DNA of 64,000 nt, taken from assembly GCA_017656255.1 (NCBI GenBank), contig JACDOE010000003.1, forward strand, positions 457 through 64,456. Reading direction: 5' to 3'. This document shows positions 16,644-26,999 of this stretch, one piece after another. The notes under the pieces are model-generated. The model was not told the DNA's origin. It made no database searches and saw nothing but the letters and a program-made list of their open reading frames with translations. Source of the stretch: Bacillaceae bacterium (GTDB lineage: Bacteria; Bacillota; Bacilli; JACDOE01). Each line of letters opens with the position of its first letter. Positions within the stretch are counted from its first letter, which is position 1. Both the position numbers and the translations under genes were made by a program.

Positions 16644-19043
16644 CTAACCCAACTTCATCCGCTTCAACCGCAGTGAGTTGCTGACCACCGACACCGAACT
16701 GAACGCCATCGCCGCCCCGGCAATCCACGGCGCGAGAAGCCCCAGCGCCGCCACCGGAATCCCCACCGAATTATAAAACAGGGCCCAGAACAGATTCTGC
16801 CGGATATTTTTCATCGTCAGGCGGCTGACAATGATCGCTTCCGGAATCGCGCGCAGATCCCCGCGCATCAGCGTGACATCCGCCGCTTCCATGGCAATGT
16901 CCGTACCGGTTCCGATCGCCATCCCCACATCAGCCACGGCCAGGGCCGGCGCATCATTAATCCCGTCTCCGACCATCGCCACAGTGTACCCTTTTTCCTT
17001 CCACTTTTTCACTTCTTCCGCCTTGTCCTGCGGCAACACTTCCGCGCGAATCTCATCCACGCCCACCTGCTTGCCGATTGCTTCCGCTGTACGGCGGTTG
17101 TCGCCGGTCATCATCACCACTTTAATGCCCATCTGCTTCAGACGGTCGATGGCTTCCTTCGAACTATCCTTCACCGTATCGGCCACGGCGACCAGTCCGG
17201 CCAGTTCGCCGTCAACGGCTGCCAGCATCGCCGTCTTCCCTTCTTCTTCCAGACGTTCCTGTTCTGACAGAATGGCATCAACAGCAATGCCCTGCTGTTC
17301 CATCAGGCGCCGGGTGCCCACCAGTACCTTTTTGCCGTCTACTTCCCCTTCCACACCGTAACCGGGAATGGCATTGAAGGAAGACGGTTGTTCCGGTCGC
17401 AACCCTTTAGCCTCCGCCCCTTTCACAATCGCATGGGCCAGCGGGTGCTCCGACCCTTTTTCCAGGGAGGCCACCCACGTGAGCAATGCTCCCTCATCAA
17501 ATCCATCCAGGGTAATCACATCGGTTAATTCCGGCTCCCCTTTCGTGATCGTGCCAGTTTTGTCCAGAACAACAAGGTCAATCTCCCGGGTGTGCTCCAG
17601 ATGTTCACCACCCTTGAACAGCACCCCGTTTTCGGCTCCTTTACCTGTTCCCACCATGATCGAGGTCGGGGTGGCCAGTCCCAGGGCGCACGGGCAGGCT
17701 ATTACCAGCACAGCCGTAAAATTGATGAGCGCATGGGCAAAATTGCCGGGATCGACGATGAAATACCAAATGAGGAACGTCACCACCGCAATCGCGACCA
17801 CAATCGGGACGAAAATACCGGAGATTTTATCAGCCATGCGCTGGATCGGTGCCTTGGATCCCTGAGCTTCTTCCACCACTTTCACGATTTGCGCAAGGGC
17901 CGTTTCCTTGCCCACCCGGGTCGCTTCCATTTTCAGTGTGCCGTTTTTATTGATCGTCGCTCCGATCACCGTATCGCCCGGCTTTTTATCTACGGGGATA
18001 CTTTCCCCGGTCAGCATCGATTCATCAACGGCGGAGTTACCTTCCAGCACTTTGCCGTCTACGGGAATTTTTTCACCGGGGCGAACCAGAATCGTATCGC
18101 CGATCTGTACATCTTCCACCGGGATTTCCTGTTCCTTTCCGTCCCGGATTACCAGTGCCGTTTTGGCCTGCAGGCCCATCAGTTTTTTAATCGCTTCCGA
18201 CGTGCGACCCTTGGCACGGGCTTCCAGCAGTTTACCGAGCAGAATCAATGTAATTAAAATGGCACTGGTTTCGAAGTACAGCTGGTGATACTGCCCACGA
18301 AAGATCTGAACCAGACTGAAGAAATAGGCGGCTGAGGTTCCCATCGCCACCAGCACATCCATGTTGGCGGATCCGTTTTTCAAATTTTTATAGGCACCGC
18401 GGTAGAATTGCCAGCCGATCACGAACTGGATCGGGGTGGCCAGAACAAACTGAAACCACGGGTCCAGAAACAGCGCCGGTACCCACTCTTCTGTGAAAAA
18501 ATGGGCCAGCATCGTCCAGAGCAACGGAATGGACAATATCGCGGAAATGATAAACTTGTTGCGCTGCCGTTCGATTTCTTTACTTTTCCGGTCCGCCTGG
18601 TCCCCGTTGTCGTCGGAAACCGTGCGGGCGTCATATCCCAGGTCCTTGATTTTTCGAATGACATCGTCAACGGATACTACGGCCGGGTTATATTCTACCG
18701 TTCCTTTTTCCGTGGCCAGATTAACGGTGGCATTTGAAACGCCGGCCATCCGGTTCAACCCTTTTTCAATACGGGCCGAACAGGCCGCGCAGGTCATGCC
18801 CTGAATCTCCAGTTCCGCTTTTTCATGGACCACACCGTAGCCCAGATCTTCAATTTTTTGTTCAATATCAGACAGCTTGACCTTGTCTTCATCAAAGGTG
18901 ACTGTGGCCTTTTCCATCGTCAGATTGACATTGGCTTCCTGAACTCCGTCCATTTTGGACAGGACCTTCTCAATCCGCGTGGAGCAGGCTGCACAGGTCA
19001 TTCCTTCAATTTGCAGGGTCTGTTTGCTTGCCATGAGCCTCAC
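16644..19043 (-). CDS. copA: Copper-translocating P1B-type ATPase CopA
   Basis: Two N-terminal HMA domains ([26 protein letters not shown]), CPC in a TM helix, [13 protein letters not shown]. Confidence 0.95.
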   Translation of the reverse strand: MRLMASKQTLQIEGMTCAACSTRIEKVLSKMDGVQEANVNLTMEKATVTFDEDKVKLSDIEQKIEDLGYGVVHEKAELEIQGMTCAACSARIEKGLNRMAGVSNATVNLATEKGTVEYNPAVVSVDDVIRKIKDLGYDARTVSDDNGDQADRKSKEIERQRNKFIISAILSIPLLWTMLAHFFTEEWVPALFLDPWFQFVLATPIQFVIGWQFYRGAYKNLKNGSANMDVLVAMGTSAAYFFSLVQIFRGQYHQLYFETSAILITLILLGKLLEARAKGRTSEAIKKLMGLQAKTALVIRDGKEQEIPVEDVQIGDTILVRPGEKIPVDGKVLEGNSAVDESMLTGESIPVDKKPGDTVIGATINKNGTLKMEATRVGKETALAQIVKVVEEAQGSKAPIQRMADKISGIFVPIVVAIAVVTFLIWYFIVDPGNFAHALINFTAVLVIACPCALGLATPTSIMVGTGKGAENGVLFKGGEHLEHTREIDLVVLDKTGTITKGEPELTDVITLDGFDEGALLTWVASLEKGSEHPLAHAIVKGAEAKGLRPEQPSSFNAIPGYGVEGEVDGKKVLVGTRRLMEQQGIAVDAILSEQERLEEEGKTAMLAAVDGELAGLVAVADTVKDSSKEAIDRLKQMGIKVVMMTGDNRRTAEAIGKQVGVDEIRAEVLPQDKAEEVKKWKEKGYTVAMVGDGINDAPALAVADVGMAIGTGTDIAMEAADVTLMRGDLRAIPEAIIVSRLTMKNIRQNLFWALFYNSVGIPVAALGLLAPWIAGAAMAFSSVSVVSNSLRLKRMKLG

Positions 19044-19090
19044 ACTCCTTTTATATAGCCAATTGCAGCAGACTGGTGTCAGAACCGGTT

Positions 19091-19113
19091 ACATACCCTT
19101 ATGGGGTATATGT
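19091..19113. promoter_or_regulatory. CsoR-type operator-like palindrome between copZ and copA
   Basis: ACATACCC-TTAT-GGGGTATATGT is a near-perfect dyad with a C/G tract, resembling known CsoR operators as I remember them. Confidence 0.5.
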
Positions 19114-19188
19114 CAGGATGAAAGAAGGGAGTGGCCTTCTTAACCACTCCTCTCCCTTTTCCCTGATGTTTGCCGCCAATCATGCTGC

Positions 19189-19395
19189 TTACTTGACGTC
19201 ATATCCCTGTTCTTCAATAGCTTCCTTCATCTGGTCGACGCCGACCTTGCTGTCATCATATTCGACGGTGACATTGTTTTCTTCCAGGCTCACTTTCGCA
19301 CTGGAAACACCGTCAAGCTTGTTCAGTGCTCCTTCAACAGCCTTGACACAGTGTCCACAGCTCATCCCTTCTACCTGAAGCGTGATGTTTTTCAT
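19189..19395 (-). CDS. copZ: Copper chaperone CopZ
   Basis: 68 aa with VEGMSCGHCVKAVE, an HMA fold motif. Confidence 0.9.
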   Translation of the reverse strand: MKNITLQVEGMSCGHCVKAVEGALNKLDGVSSAKVSLEENNVTVEYDDSKVGVDQMKEAIEEQGYDVK

Positions 19396-19414
19396 AAATG
19401 GATCACTCCTTTAT

Positions 19415-19771
19415 TTATTTCATCAGTTTTTTTAACGTTGCCATCACTTCATCAATCACTTCATCTTCGCCGGCCTGAATGCGTTCCTTTACACAGCTTT
19501 TCATATGATTTTCCAGCAGAAGCCGGCCGACAGAGTGTAACGCTGACTGAATCGCCGCCAGCTGGTTCAACACATCATCACAATAAGTATCCCTTTCAAT
19601 CATGCCTTTTACTCCCCGGATCTGGCCTTCGATCCGGTTAAGACGGTGGGTGAGATCCCGTTTCACTTTATCCGAATGGTGACTTTTTCGGCCGCTGAGA
19701 TGACAGGCCGGTACTCCCGTTTCTATAACCGATGTTTCCTGCTCGGTCGGTGTGACTTTAGGGTCTTCCAC
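19415..19771 (-). CDS. csoR: Copper-sensing repressor CsoR
   Basis: ..LNRIEGQIRGVKGMIERDTYCDDVLNQLAAIQSALHSVGRLLLENHMKSC.. shows the CsoR/RcnR family C-H-C pattern. Confidence 0.9.
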   Translation of the reverse strand: MEDPKVTPTEQETSVIETGVPACHLSGRKSHHSDKVKRDLTHRLNRIEGQIRGVKGMIERDTYCDDVLNQLAAIQSALHSVGRLLLENHMKSCVKERIQAGEDEVIDEVMATLKKLMK

Positions 19772-19797
19772 TGGAATCGACTCCTTTCAATAGGCAA

Positions 19798-19820
19798 TAT
19801 ACCATACCCCTCTACCGTAT
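19798..19820. promoter_or_regulatory. Second, imperfect CsoR-box-like dyad upstream of csoR
   Basis: TATACCATACCCCTCTACCGTAT has ATAC..GTAT arms and a C-rich centre. It starts 27 nt upstream of the csoR start codon. Confidence 0.35.
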
Positions 19821-19955
19821 GTAAATGGGTAAAGTGTCAAAACTATTCTCTATCATCACCTGATTACGATCATAATATGTTATCGGGTCATAATTTGATT
19901 TTAATATCACAGACTACAGATAACCACCCAAACCAATCCGGAGGAGGTATCAAAC

Positions 19956-20111
19956 GTGCGGCGTAAACCCCTGCAAAACAGTGTTGAAGCAACTCGAAAA
20001 GAAATCATGGAGGAATTCGGAACCGACAATCCGGATCTGATTGAAAAAATCCTGGATGCCGATGAAGAAGGAAGAAAACCCGTAAAAAAAGATCGTCCCG
20101 GACCCTCATAA
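19956..20111 (+). CDS. Small hypothetical protein (51 aa, GTG start; not in the ORF track)
   Basis: GGAGGAGG lies 7 nt before GTG 19956. Product: VRRKPLQNSVEATRKEIMEEFGTDNPDLIEKILDADEEGRKPVKKDRPGPS. A strong terminator follows immediately. Confidence 0.4.
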   Translation: MRRKPLQNSVEATRKEIMEEFGTDNPDLIEKILDADEEGRKPVKKDRPGPS

Positions 20112-20166
20112 GCAAAAAACAACATCCCGTCCCCACCCGAAAGTGGTCGGGATGTTGTTCTTTTTC
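20112..20166. terminator. Bidirectional terminator (small ORF / pepA)
   Basis: AACAACATCCCG-N18-CGGGATGTTGTT is flanked by an A-run and a T-run. Confidence 0.7.
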
Positions 20167-20184
20167 CCCTTTTAAAGAAGATCT

Positions 20185-21687
20185 TTAAGCCTCATCGGCA
20201 CAATTCTCCGCCAGCCGGGCCAGTGTCCGAACCATGACGCCGGTGCCTCCTGCCGGGGAGAGATCATTATCCCCCTCCTGCCAGGACGTTCCGGCGATAT
20301 CCAGGTGCACCCAGGGGGTATCTTCGGCAAATTCGCCGAGGAACATTCCGGCGGTAATACTGCCGGCATAACGTCCACCCGAGTTTTTCAGATCGGCTAC
20401 CCGGCCTTTATACTGTTTCTTATACACATCAAAGGTGGGAAGCCGCCACGCCAGTTCACCGGCATCTGCCGCCGCCTCCAGTACTTCTTCCACCCATTCC
20501 TCGTCATTGGCCATCACCCCGGTGGTCTGCGTGCCCAGCGCCACCAGCACGGCACCGGTCAGCGTCGCCAGGTCTACGATGAAATCGACGCCCTGCTGTC
20601 TGGCGTAGGTAATGGCGTCGGCCAGAATTAATCGGCCTTCGGCATCGGTGGTCAGAATTTCAATGGTTTTTCCACTCATGGACGTAATGACATCCCCGGG
20701 ACGATAAGCTTTACCGTCCGGCATGTTCTCAGCCATCGGGATCACGGCCATAATATTGACAGCCGGCTTCAGACGGCCGATCACATCCATCGCTCCAATT
20801 ACCGCGGCAGCACCGCCCATATCACCGACCATTTCTTCCATGCCTTTGACAGGTTTCAGGGAAATACCTCCCGTATCAAAGGTGATCCCCTTTCCGACAA
20901 AGCCGATCACGTTATCCCAGGTCCCGCGCCCCTGATACTTGATCACCACCATCCGCGGCGGCTGTTCACTTCCCTGGGCGACGGCTAGCAGGGCCCCCAT
21001 TTTTAATTTCTTCATATCGTTTTCATTCAGCACTTCCACTTCCATGCCGTGCTTTTTCGCTACTTCCACCGCATGCTCGGCAAGCACGGAAGGAGGGAGC
21101 AGATTACCGGGTGTATTAACCAGATCCCGGGCCAGGTTGGTTCCCCTGCCGAAAGCCGCTCCGGACCGAATCCCTTTTTCCACCTCATCCTGCCGGTCCG
21201 ATGACGCCACCACCAGCAGTTCATCCAGTTCTTTCAATTCATCCTGTTTCTGTTTATATCCGTTAAAACGGTACTGAGACAGGTAAGCCCCTTCTACAAC
21301 GGCGTGAGCCGACAGATAAGGAGTGACCGCATCCTGAACCGTTTCCGGTACCGCAAACACAACGTGGCGCACCCGGTTCTGAAGGGCGGTTTTCACCGCA
21401 CGGGCCGCCGCATCACGTACTATTTCGAAATCAACTTGCTCTTTTTTACCCAGTCCGACAAGAAGGACCGCCCGGGCTTCAATCCGTCCGAATGTATGTA
21501 TGAAAGCGGTCTCTTTTGCTTTACCCGAGAAGTCCCCCCGACGGATGCCGTCTGTCAGATAGCCGTCGAGAGCAGGCCCCAATCCACTCAAAATGGTCCG
21601 ATTCTCCTCTTCTTCTTCCACAATACCTACGATTAAACAATCCGTCTTAATTTTGGACAGGTCCTGAAGGATCAAACCTGTTTTCAT
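20185..21687 (-). CDS. pepA: Leucyl aminopeptidase (M17), YuiE/PepA
   Basis: 500 aa with ..VGKGITFDTGGISLKP.. and ..TTDAEGRLILADA.., the M17 signature. Confidence 0.9.
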   Translation of the reverse strand: MKTGLILQDLSKIKTDCLIVGIVEEEEENRTILSGLGPALDGYLTDGIRRGDFSGKAKETAFIHTFGRIEARAVLLVGLGKKEQVDFEIVRDAAARAVKTALQNRVRHVVFAVPETVQDAVTPYLSAHAVVEGAYLSQYRFNGYKQKQDELKELDELLVVASSDRQDEVEKGIRSGAAFGRGTNLARDLVNTPGNLLPPSVLAEHAVEVAKKHGMEVEVLNENDMKKLKMGALLAVAQGSEQPPRMVVIKYQGRGTWDNVIGFVGKGITFDTGGISLKPVKGMEEMVGDMGGAAAVIGAMDVIGRLKPAVNIMAVIPMAENMPDGKAYRPGDVITSMSGKTIEILTTDAEGRLILADAITYARQQGVDFIVDLATLTGAVLVALGTQTTGVMANDEEWVEEVLEAAADAGELAWRLPTFDVYKKQYKGRVADLKNSGGRYAGSITAGMFLGEFAEDTPWVHLDIAGTSWQEGDNDLSPAGGTGVMVRTLARLAENCADEA

Positions 21688-21867
21688 ATTTCACACCTCC
21701 GCATTTTTTTCACCTGTTTTATCATAACAATCTTGATTCATCGAGAAAAGAAAGAAAAGCGCACTCTTTAAATTTCTAACCGAGACTGTAAAAACAGGGT
21801 TTGTTTCTGGTACAATAGAAATACATTTTTTATCGCAAATTGTTGATTCACGGAAAGGAAGACATAC

Positions 21868-22338
21868 ATGTCCAAGCTACTCGCCAATGACCCACTGATC
21901 GCGGCCCTGATTGGTGTTGTGGTCGCTCAAGTCATCAAAATTCCCATTGATTTTGCAACATCCCGCAAATGGAACTGGAGTCTGATGTTCAGCACCGGCG
22001 GAATGCCCAGTTCCCACTCCGCGGCCGTATCGGCCCTGGCCACGGCAGTTGCGATTGAACATGGCCTGGATTCTACCTCTTTTGCCATCAGCACCGTTTT
22101 TGCCATCATCGTGATGTATGATGCTGCCGGGATCCGCCGACATGCCGGACAGCATGCCGCCCTGCTCAATCAGTTGATGGAAGATTTACAGCATATTATT
22201 TCCGATGTCAAAGAGTTGAGAGTCCGCCCCAAAGAAGAAAAACGCGAAAAACTGAAGGAACTGCTGGGGCACAAGCCGGCAGAGGTTTTGATCGGGAGTT
22301 TGCTCGGCATTATCATCGCCTTATCCATTTATACGTAA
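21868..22338 (+). CDS. yuiD: Divergent PAP2 family membrane protein (YuiD-like)
   Basis: ..TGGMPSSHSAAVSALATAVA..YDAAGIRRHAG.. is the DUF212/acid-phosphatase-related pattern. Confidence 0.8.
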   Translation: MSKLLANDPLIAALIGVVVAQVIKIPIDFATSRKWNWSLMFSTGGMPSSHSAAVSALATAVAIEHGLDSTSFAISTVFAIIVMYDAAGIRRHAGQHAALLNQLMEDLQHIISDVKELRVRPKEEKREKLKELLGHKPAEVLIGSLLGIIIALSIYT

Positions 22339-22411
22339 TTACGTCATATAGAAAACGGGCACGCTTTTATGAAAAACGTGCCCGTTCGTTATGATACCTG
22401 TCCATTTGGTC

Positions 22412-23071
22412 TTATTCCGCCGTTCCAACCTGCGTCAGTCTGGTTTCATTCAATTGATCCAACATCGCTTCCGTGACCTGTCCGTTTCCTCTTTTAATCA
22501 CAAAGACATCCACTGATTTTTTTCCCCATTGATCGTAGACATCCTGTTTGGTTTCAAAATACAGATCGATGATGTGCCCTTTAATGGCTGATCCGGTATC
22601 CGCCACCACCCCGTAGCCGTAACCCGGGATATAGAGAATGGTTCCCAGTGGAAAAACGTTCGGATCCGCTGCAACGGTCGAATAGAAGTCACGTCGGACT
22701 TTCACCCCGGAATAGGTGATGCCGTAAAGCGGATGGGACGGGGTTTTACCCGTTGATTCCACCCCGGCATAATAACCCGTTGCCGTGACGCGAACCGACG
22801 GATAGCTTGCCAGATCGTGGTGAGGTGCCGCTTTGTCTACGGGTTCAGCCGCTTGTTCGGATTGTGATGGCGCTTCTGACAGGTCAGGTTCGATGGATGG
22901 AGGTGGCTCACTGGATTCAACCTTCGTAGATTTTGAATCATTCGGGTTCAATGTTTGTCCGTTCATCAAATACGTGTCGTAGGTGATACCGATAATCATG
23001 GCCGTACAGACCAGGATCGCCGCCGTGTAAAGGATCATCGGGCCGTTTTTTCTCATTCGGGGATCTATCAA
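22412..23071 (-). CDS. yuiC: 3D-domain cell-wall protein (stationary-phase survival YuiC-like)
   Basis: C-terminus [58 protein letters not shown] is a 3D domain. I prefer TTG 23071, 8 nt after AGAGGAGGTG. The track start at 23164 has no SD. Confidence 0.8.
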   Translation of the reverse strand: MIDPRMRKNGPMILYTAAILVCTAMIIGITYDTYLMNGQTLNPNDSKSTKVESSEPPPSIEPDLSEAPSQSEQAAEPVDKAAPHHDLASYPSVRVTATGYYAGVESTGKTPSHPLYGITYSGVKVRRDFYSTVAADPNVFPLGTILYIPGYGYGVVADTGSAIKGHIIDLYFETKQDVYDQWGKKSVDVFVIKRGNGQVTEAMLDQLNETRLTQVGTAE

Positions 23072-23166
23072 ATGAACGACACCTCCTCTGGATTCTATTA
23101 CTCTCCAGAAAAGGTGTTTTTTATGCATCTTTTTTCCTGTTATCAGGTTTGTGATCGCAATCATTG

Positions 23167-23239
23167 AAAAAAAGTGGCGAATCTCCCCTGGGGGAGGCCA
23201 GTTGCCAAAGATCGGATGCTGGTTGAAATAGGTTTCGCC
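23167..23239 (-). promoter_or_regulatory. Structured element plus U-tract in the yuiC leader
   Basis: P1 GGCGAA/UUCGCC encloses CCAG..CUGG and CUCCC-CCAG-GGGAG, then UUUUUUU. It lies between the yuiB terminator and the yuiC SD. Confidence 0.35.
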
Positions 23240-23251
23240 TGTTCTTTGAAT

Positions 23252-23286
23252 AAAAAAAAATCTCTTTTCCCTGTGAGAAAAGAGAT
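23252..23286 (-). terminator. yuiB terminator
   Basis: Minus strand AATCTCTTTTC-tcacagg-GAAAAGAGATT plus a run of nine U. Confidence 0.7.
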
Positions 23287-23316
23287 TCGTTCTACCAAAA
23301 CGCTATCATGTCGTGA

Positions 23317-23574
23317 CTAAAACATCCGATATCCCCTGTTACGCAATGTCTTGATGGTCCAGCCGCTCAACACTGCGCCGATCAGGCCCGACCCCAGTAC
23401 GATATAATCGATCAGTTTCATTCCCATTTGCATATATACATAGACCAGAAGGCCGATATAGATCACCAGCGGAAACCAGGTGGTTTTAACCAGCATATTG
23501 ATAATGAATCCGATGCCAAATGCCAGAAACATAAATAAAGGAATCGATATGATTAACTGCGCGATATTGTTCAT
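23317..23574 (-). CDS. yuiB: Small integral membrane protein (YuiB-like)
   Basis: 85 aa with three hydrophobic helices, positioned next to yuiC as in B. subtilis. Confidence 0.55.
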   Translation of the reverse strand: MNNIAQLIISIPLFMFLAFGIGFIINMLVKTTWFPLVIYIGLLVYVYMQMGMKLIDYIVLGSGLIGAVLSGWTIKTLRNRGYRMF

Positions 23575-23656
23575 CCTCTTGACACGCTCCTTCTAATGTC
23601 ATCGTTCCCAGTTTACTCGATTCCCGCAGGACGGTCAATCCTTGCCGGCCGTACCG

Positions 23657-24343
23657 TCATGATTGCTCATCCTGAACCAGTGGTTCGATACATTCAGGAA
23701 CATCATGACGGGGAGAATTGACCCGGGTGGTGACCGGATAAGCTTCCATCCGATTCTCGTCATAGGGGACAAGCAGCTCCCGGAGCAGGTCCGGATCTTC
23801 TATGGAGCGGTCCAGCCATATTTTTTCCGATTCTGGCGTCAGGATGACGGGCATCCGGTCATGAATCGGATTCATAAACGAATTGGCCCGTGTGGTGATA
23901 ATGGTGCAGGAGTGAATCTCTTCACCTTCCGGGGATGTCCAGCGATCCCACAGACCTGCCATGGCAAAAGGTTCCCCGTTTTTTAACCGGATGCGCAGCG
24001 GCTGTTTACGGTCGCCCTCTTTTTTCCATTCATAAAAACTGTCGGCCGGAATGAGGCATCGTCTCCGGTGGATCAACCTTTTAAAGCTGGGTTTTTCATG
24101 GACCGTTTCCCCGCGGGCATTGATCATTTTATGGCCGATGGCCGGATCCTTTGCCCAGGACGGGATCAGTCCCCAGCGCAAAAAACCTCCCCGGTTCCCC
24201 TGACCATCATGAATCACAGCGAGAATCGGCTGTGAAGGAGCGATATTGTACCGGGGACCAAAGTCAAGCGGGAGTTCATTTTGAATCTCAAACCGGTCGA
24301 TGATATTCTTCGGTTCGGTAACCAGCGTAAAACGGCCGCACAT
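23657..24343 (-). CDS. SOS-response-associated peptidase (SRAP/YedK family, abasic-site processing)
   Basis: N-terminal MCGRF catalytic Cys2, with ..SFYEW.. and the ..HDRMPVIL.. motif. Confidence 0.9.
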   Translation of the reverse strand: MCGRFTLVTEPKNIIDRFEIQNELPLDFGPRYNIAPSQPILAVIHDGQGNRGGFLRWGLIPSWAKDPAIGHKMINARGETVHEKPSFKRLIHRRRCLIPADSFYEWKKEGDRKQPLRIRLKNGEPFAMAGLWDRWTSPEGEEIHSCTIITTRANSFMNPIHDRMPVILTPESEKIWLDRSIEDPDLLRELLVPYDENRMEAYPVTTRVNSPRHDVPECIEPLVQDEQS

Positions 24344-24439
24344 GGATGGATTCCCCCTTTTATTCTTATCTTAACATATAAAAAGAGCCCGTCCCCATTT
24401 CACTGAGAAGTCAGGCTCCCTGCAAATGCTCATTTGATG

Positions 24440-25252
24440 TTATTGCGGCATTGGGGGATTTGGACCACCGAAAGTATCCGAATCAGGATCGCCGCTGAAC
24501 GGTCCGGATATCACCCTGGCATCAGGGGAGAGCTTGAATTGGTCTGCACCCGGTCCACCTTTAGAAAGATCCGGGTACATTTTTGAGTATTCTTTGTCAC
24601 CGAAAGAGGCCTCGGGTTGCATGTCCTGCACTCTTTCAATAGCCTCCTCAAACAAAGAGGCATGCGCCTCTTCACGCTGGATCAAGAAGTCGAACATTTC
24701 TCTGGCCCCGGGATCAGCAATGTGCCGGTGCAGTTCTTCATAAACTTTGCGGGCGCGTAACTCCGCAGCCAGATTAGACTGTAAATTGGATAACAGATCA
24801 CCTACCGAATTGATGAAATTACCGGAAAACGGGCTACCGGATGAATCCGTCAATAACGGTCCATGACCTCCCAGGATCACGCTTTTTTGCAATGTTGAAT
24901 TACTGTTGATCATTTGATTGATCGAATTCTCCGCCTGTGAAAGGGTCATCGCTTCCGAGGCCATTTCCACATCCTGTCCTCCCATCAGACTGGGGTCGGG
25001 ATCAGGAGGCCCCATAAATTGCGTAATACATTCCCCTACCATTTCCAGATGGGAGATCTCTTCAGTGGAAATATCAAGAAGTAGATCTTTTATCGCCGGA
25101 TCCGGTGTGGCAAAACTCTGGACAAAATACTGCAGACAGGCTTTCAACTCGCCATTGGCCCCGCCAAACTGTTCCAGAACCGCTGCTGCATAAGAAGGGT
25201 TCTGATTGCGGACCTGAACTGGAAATAACAATTGTTTCTGATGAATATACAT
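24440..25252 (-). CDS. Manganese catalase family protein
   Basis: ..LEQFGGANGELKACLQYFVQSF..EEISHLEMV.. is the di-Mn ferritin-like catalase pattern. 270 aa. Confidence 0.85.
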   Translation of the reverse strand: MYIHQKQLLFPVQVRNQNPSYAAAVLEQFGGANGELKACLQYFVQSFATPDPAIKDLLLDISTEEISHLEMVGECITQFMGPPDPDPSLMGGQDVEMASEAMTLSQAENSINQMINSNSTLQKSVILGGHGPLLTDSSGSPFSGNFINSVGDLLSNLQSNLAAELRARKVYEELHRHIADPGAREMFDFLIQREEAHASLFEEAIERVQDMQPEASFGDKEYSKMYPDLSKGGPGADQFKLSPDARVISGPFSGDPDSDTFGGPNPPMPQ

Positions 25253-25418
25253 TACCTGTCAACCTCCCTTCTTCATTGTCATTATCATGTGATTCCTAAA
25301 AGGGTATTATGTAACCTTTAACATTTACTATGTTTAGTAACTTTACTTTTGTAAGTAATAGGCGTATAATCACTAATGTAAAGTAATTAAATAAAATTAA
25401 GATAGAGGAGGAAGAGAT

Positions 25419-25619
25419 ATGGCGGATGTCACAATCAAAAAAATGGACAACGGCCCGTTACAGGTAAAAGGAGAAGTTCGGCTCGAAGACGGAAAGGGAA
25501 ATACCTATGACGTCAAGGACACTTTCTTTCTGTGCCGCTGCGGCCATTCGGCTAACAAACCATTCTGCGACGGTGCCCACAAAGCAAAGGGATTTGAAGA
25601 CGATTCCACAGCCAAATAA
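25419..25619 (+). CDS. CDGSH iron-sulfur domain protein
   Basis: CRCGHSANKPFCDGAH is the CDGSH motif. Confidence 0.85.
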   Translation: MADVTIKKMDNGPLQVKGEVRLEDGKGNTYDVKDTFFLCRCGHSANKPFCDGAHKAKGFEDDSTAK

Positions 25620-25666
25620 TGAAAAAACGGACCCCCGGTTTCTTCCGAAAGGGTCCGTTTTTTTTT

Positions 25667-26188
25667 TTAGCTCAAGGCATCACGCAAATCTTTCAGCTCC
25701 CGGTAAATCCGGACCACCTCATCCATTTTCATTCGGACCAGTCCGCTCGATGACGGCGCAACAAATTCCACCACACCGGCTACAACCGGCTCTTCCTGCT
25801 TCCCCCACGCGACGTTACGGCGCCCGCTGTACGGCTGATAGACGCCTTTCCCTACAAAGCACACAATGGCGGGGCGATAGCGTTTGATTTTGTCCATCAG
25901 AATTTTTCGGCCTTCCCGATACTCCTCCGTGCTGATTTCATCGGCAGAACGAGTCGGCCGTGCCACGATGTTGGTCAAACCGTAATCCAGTTCCGGCAAT
26001 TTAACATCTTCTTCCGGTCTGTATTTTCGTTCGGTAAGACCCGCTCTATGCAGAATGGTCCAGAAACGGTTGTTCGGATTGGCGTAATGATGGCCGGTTT
26101 CACCCGAACGGATGCTGGGGTTAAACCCGACGAACAGGATATCCAGGTTTTCTCGAATACGATCGGGGATCGGACCCATGGGGATCAC
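25667..26188 (-). CDS. Mismatch-specific uracil/thymine DNA glycosylase (Mug/TDG family)
   Basis: ..LDILFVGFNPSIRS..YANPNNRFW.. shows UDG family-2-like motifs. Confidence 0.75.
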   Translation of the reverse strand: MIPMGPIPDRIRENLDILFVGFNPSIRSGETGHHYANPNNRFWTILHRAGLTERKYRPEEDVKLPELDYGLTNIVARPTRSADEISTEEYREGRKILMDKIKRYRPAIVCFVGKGVYQPYSGRRNVAWGKQEEPVVAGVVEFVAPSSSGLVRMKMDEVVRIYRELKDLRDALS

Positions 26189-26228
26189 CTCGCCCCCATC
26201 ATACCGGTCGCAACATGGAAAATCAACT

Positions 26229-26702
26229 CTATCCCTGCGACCACAGCTGCCGGATACGATGGACCATAAACAAGCTGAAGGTAACCCAGATCCAGCTGTA
26301 AATGAACGAAAAACCCATTACCAGTATCATCACGCGATAATCGAATCGGACAGGAACCTGCGGACCCAGCACCGGAAAATGTAATCCCCATAAAATGAGA
26401 AGGATTCCGGCGGCCAAACACCCGCCTGAAAAGAGGACGATTGTAATTTTTCTGTTGAACCAGTGCATGGCCATCCCAATTCCCAGTCCCAACCAACCTG
26501 TCGTCATGGTAAAAATGATGATTTCCGCAGGTTGAATCAACAGCAACAGAACAGTTGTCAGCCCATAACACATGACGCCATACCGTATGGATAACCGGGA
26601 ACTGATCACAACCGGAAGCGTCGCCAGAGGACTGATCACATAGCCGATTCCAGGGAAAAAGCCACCGGCTGATTGCAACAGGGCCGCCAGTGTACTCATC
26701 AT
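26229..26702 (-). CDS. Hypothetical polytopic membrane protein
   Basis: 157 aa with 4-5 hydrophobic helices. No clear SD. The overlapping 26185..26796 frame has implausible composition. Confidence 0.45.
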   Translation of the reverse strand: MMSTLAALLQSAGGFFPGIGYVISPLATLPVVISSRLSIRYGVMCYGLTTVLLLLIQPAEIIIFTMTTGWLGLGIGMAMHWFNRKITIVLFSGGCLAAGILLILWGLHFPVLGPQVPVRFDYRVMILVMGFSFIYSWIWVTFSLFMVHRIRQLWSQG

Positions 26703-26999
26703 CGCGACAAATAGGCGTTTCTGTAGCCTTGAATAACCGGGAAACAGAGACAGGTTCCGCTGCTGTGACAGGAAGGAACACCTCCCGAGTCTTCATGAGC
26801 CCATGTTTTATACGTGTTTAATATTTTTAAAAATATTCGGCGAGGTACCCATTTATGCATATGACTATCCTCTCTACCATAATTCTGAGTTATGAAACAA
26901 TAGAAACTCAAATGGCCAGTGTGACAAAGCAAATCTCACCACGTTTTCTCTATGATAAAATGACAGGGATGGGATTAAACGGAATCAGGAGGACCGAAA

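Noticed and set aside
16831-19058. Multiple long plus-strand ORFs within copA, and similar antisense ORFs inside pepA, glpD, glpK, the mqn genes and the SPL-like gene.
   Set aside because: They are antisense to genes with unambiguous catalytic motifs, have Ser/Pro/Arg-rich or otherwise skewed composition, and lack SDs.
23072-23250. ydaO-type c-di-AMP riboswitch upstream of the cell-wall gene yuiC.
   Set aside because: The hallmark segments as I remember them (..CGCUUAAUC.., ..GGGGGACCCA.., ..CAGCUAACCUCGUAAGCGU..) are absent. I kept this only as an unclassified structured leader.
26185-26796. 203-aa minus-strand ORF overlapping the 157-aa membrane-protein frame.
   Set aside because: Its composition (Cys/Trp/Arg-rich, no hydrophobic pattern) is implausible, while the alternative frame gives regular TM helices. 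Both remain low confidence.
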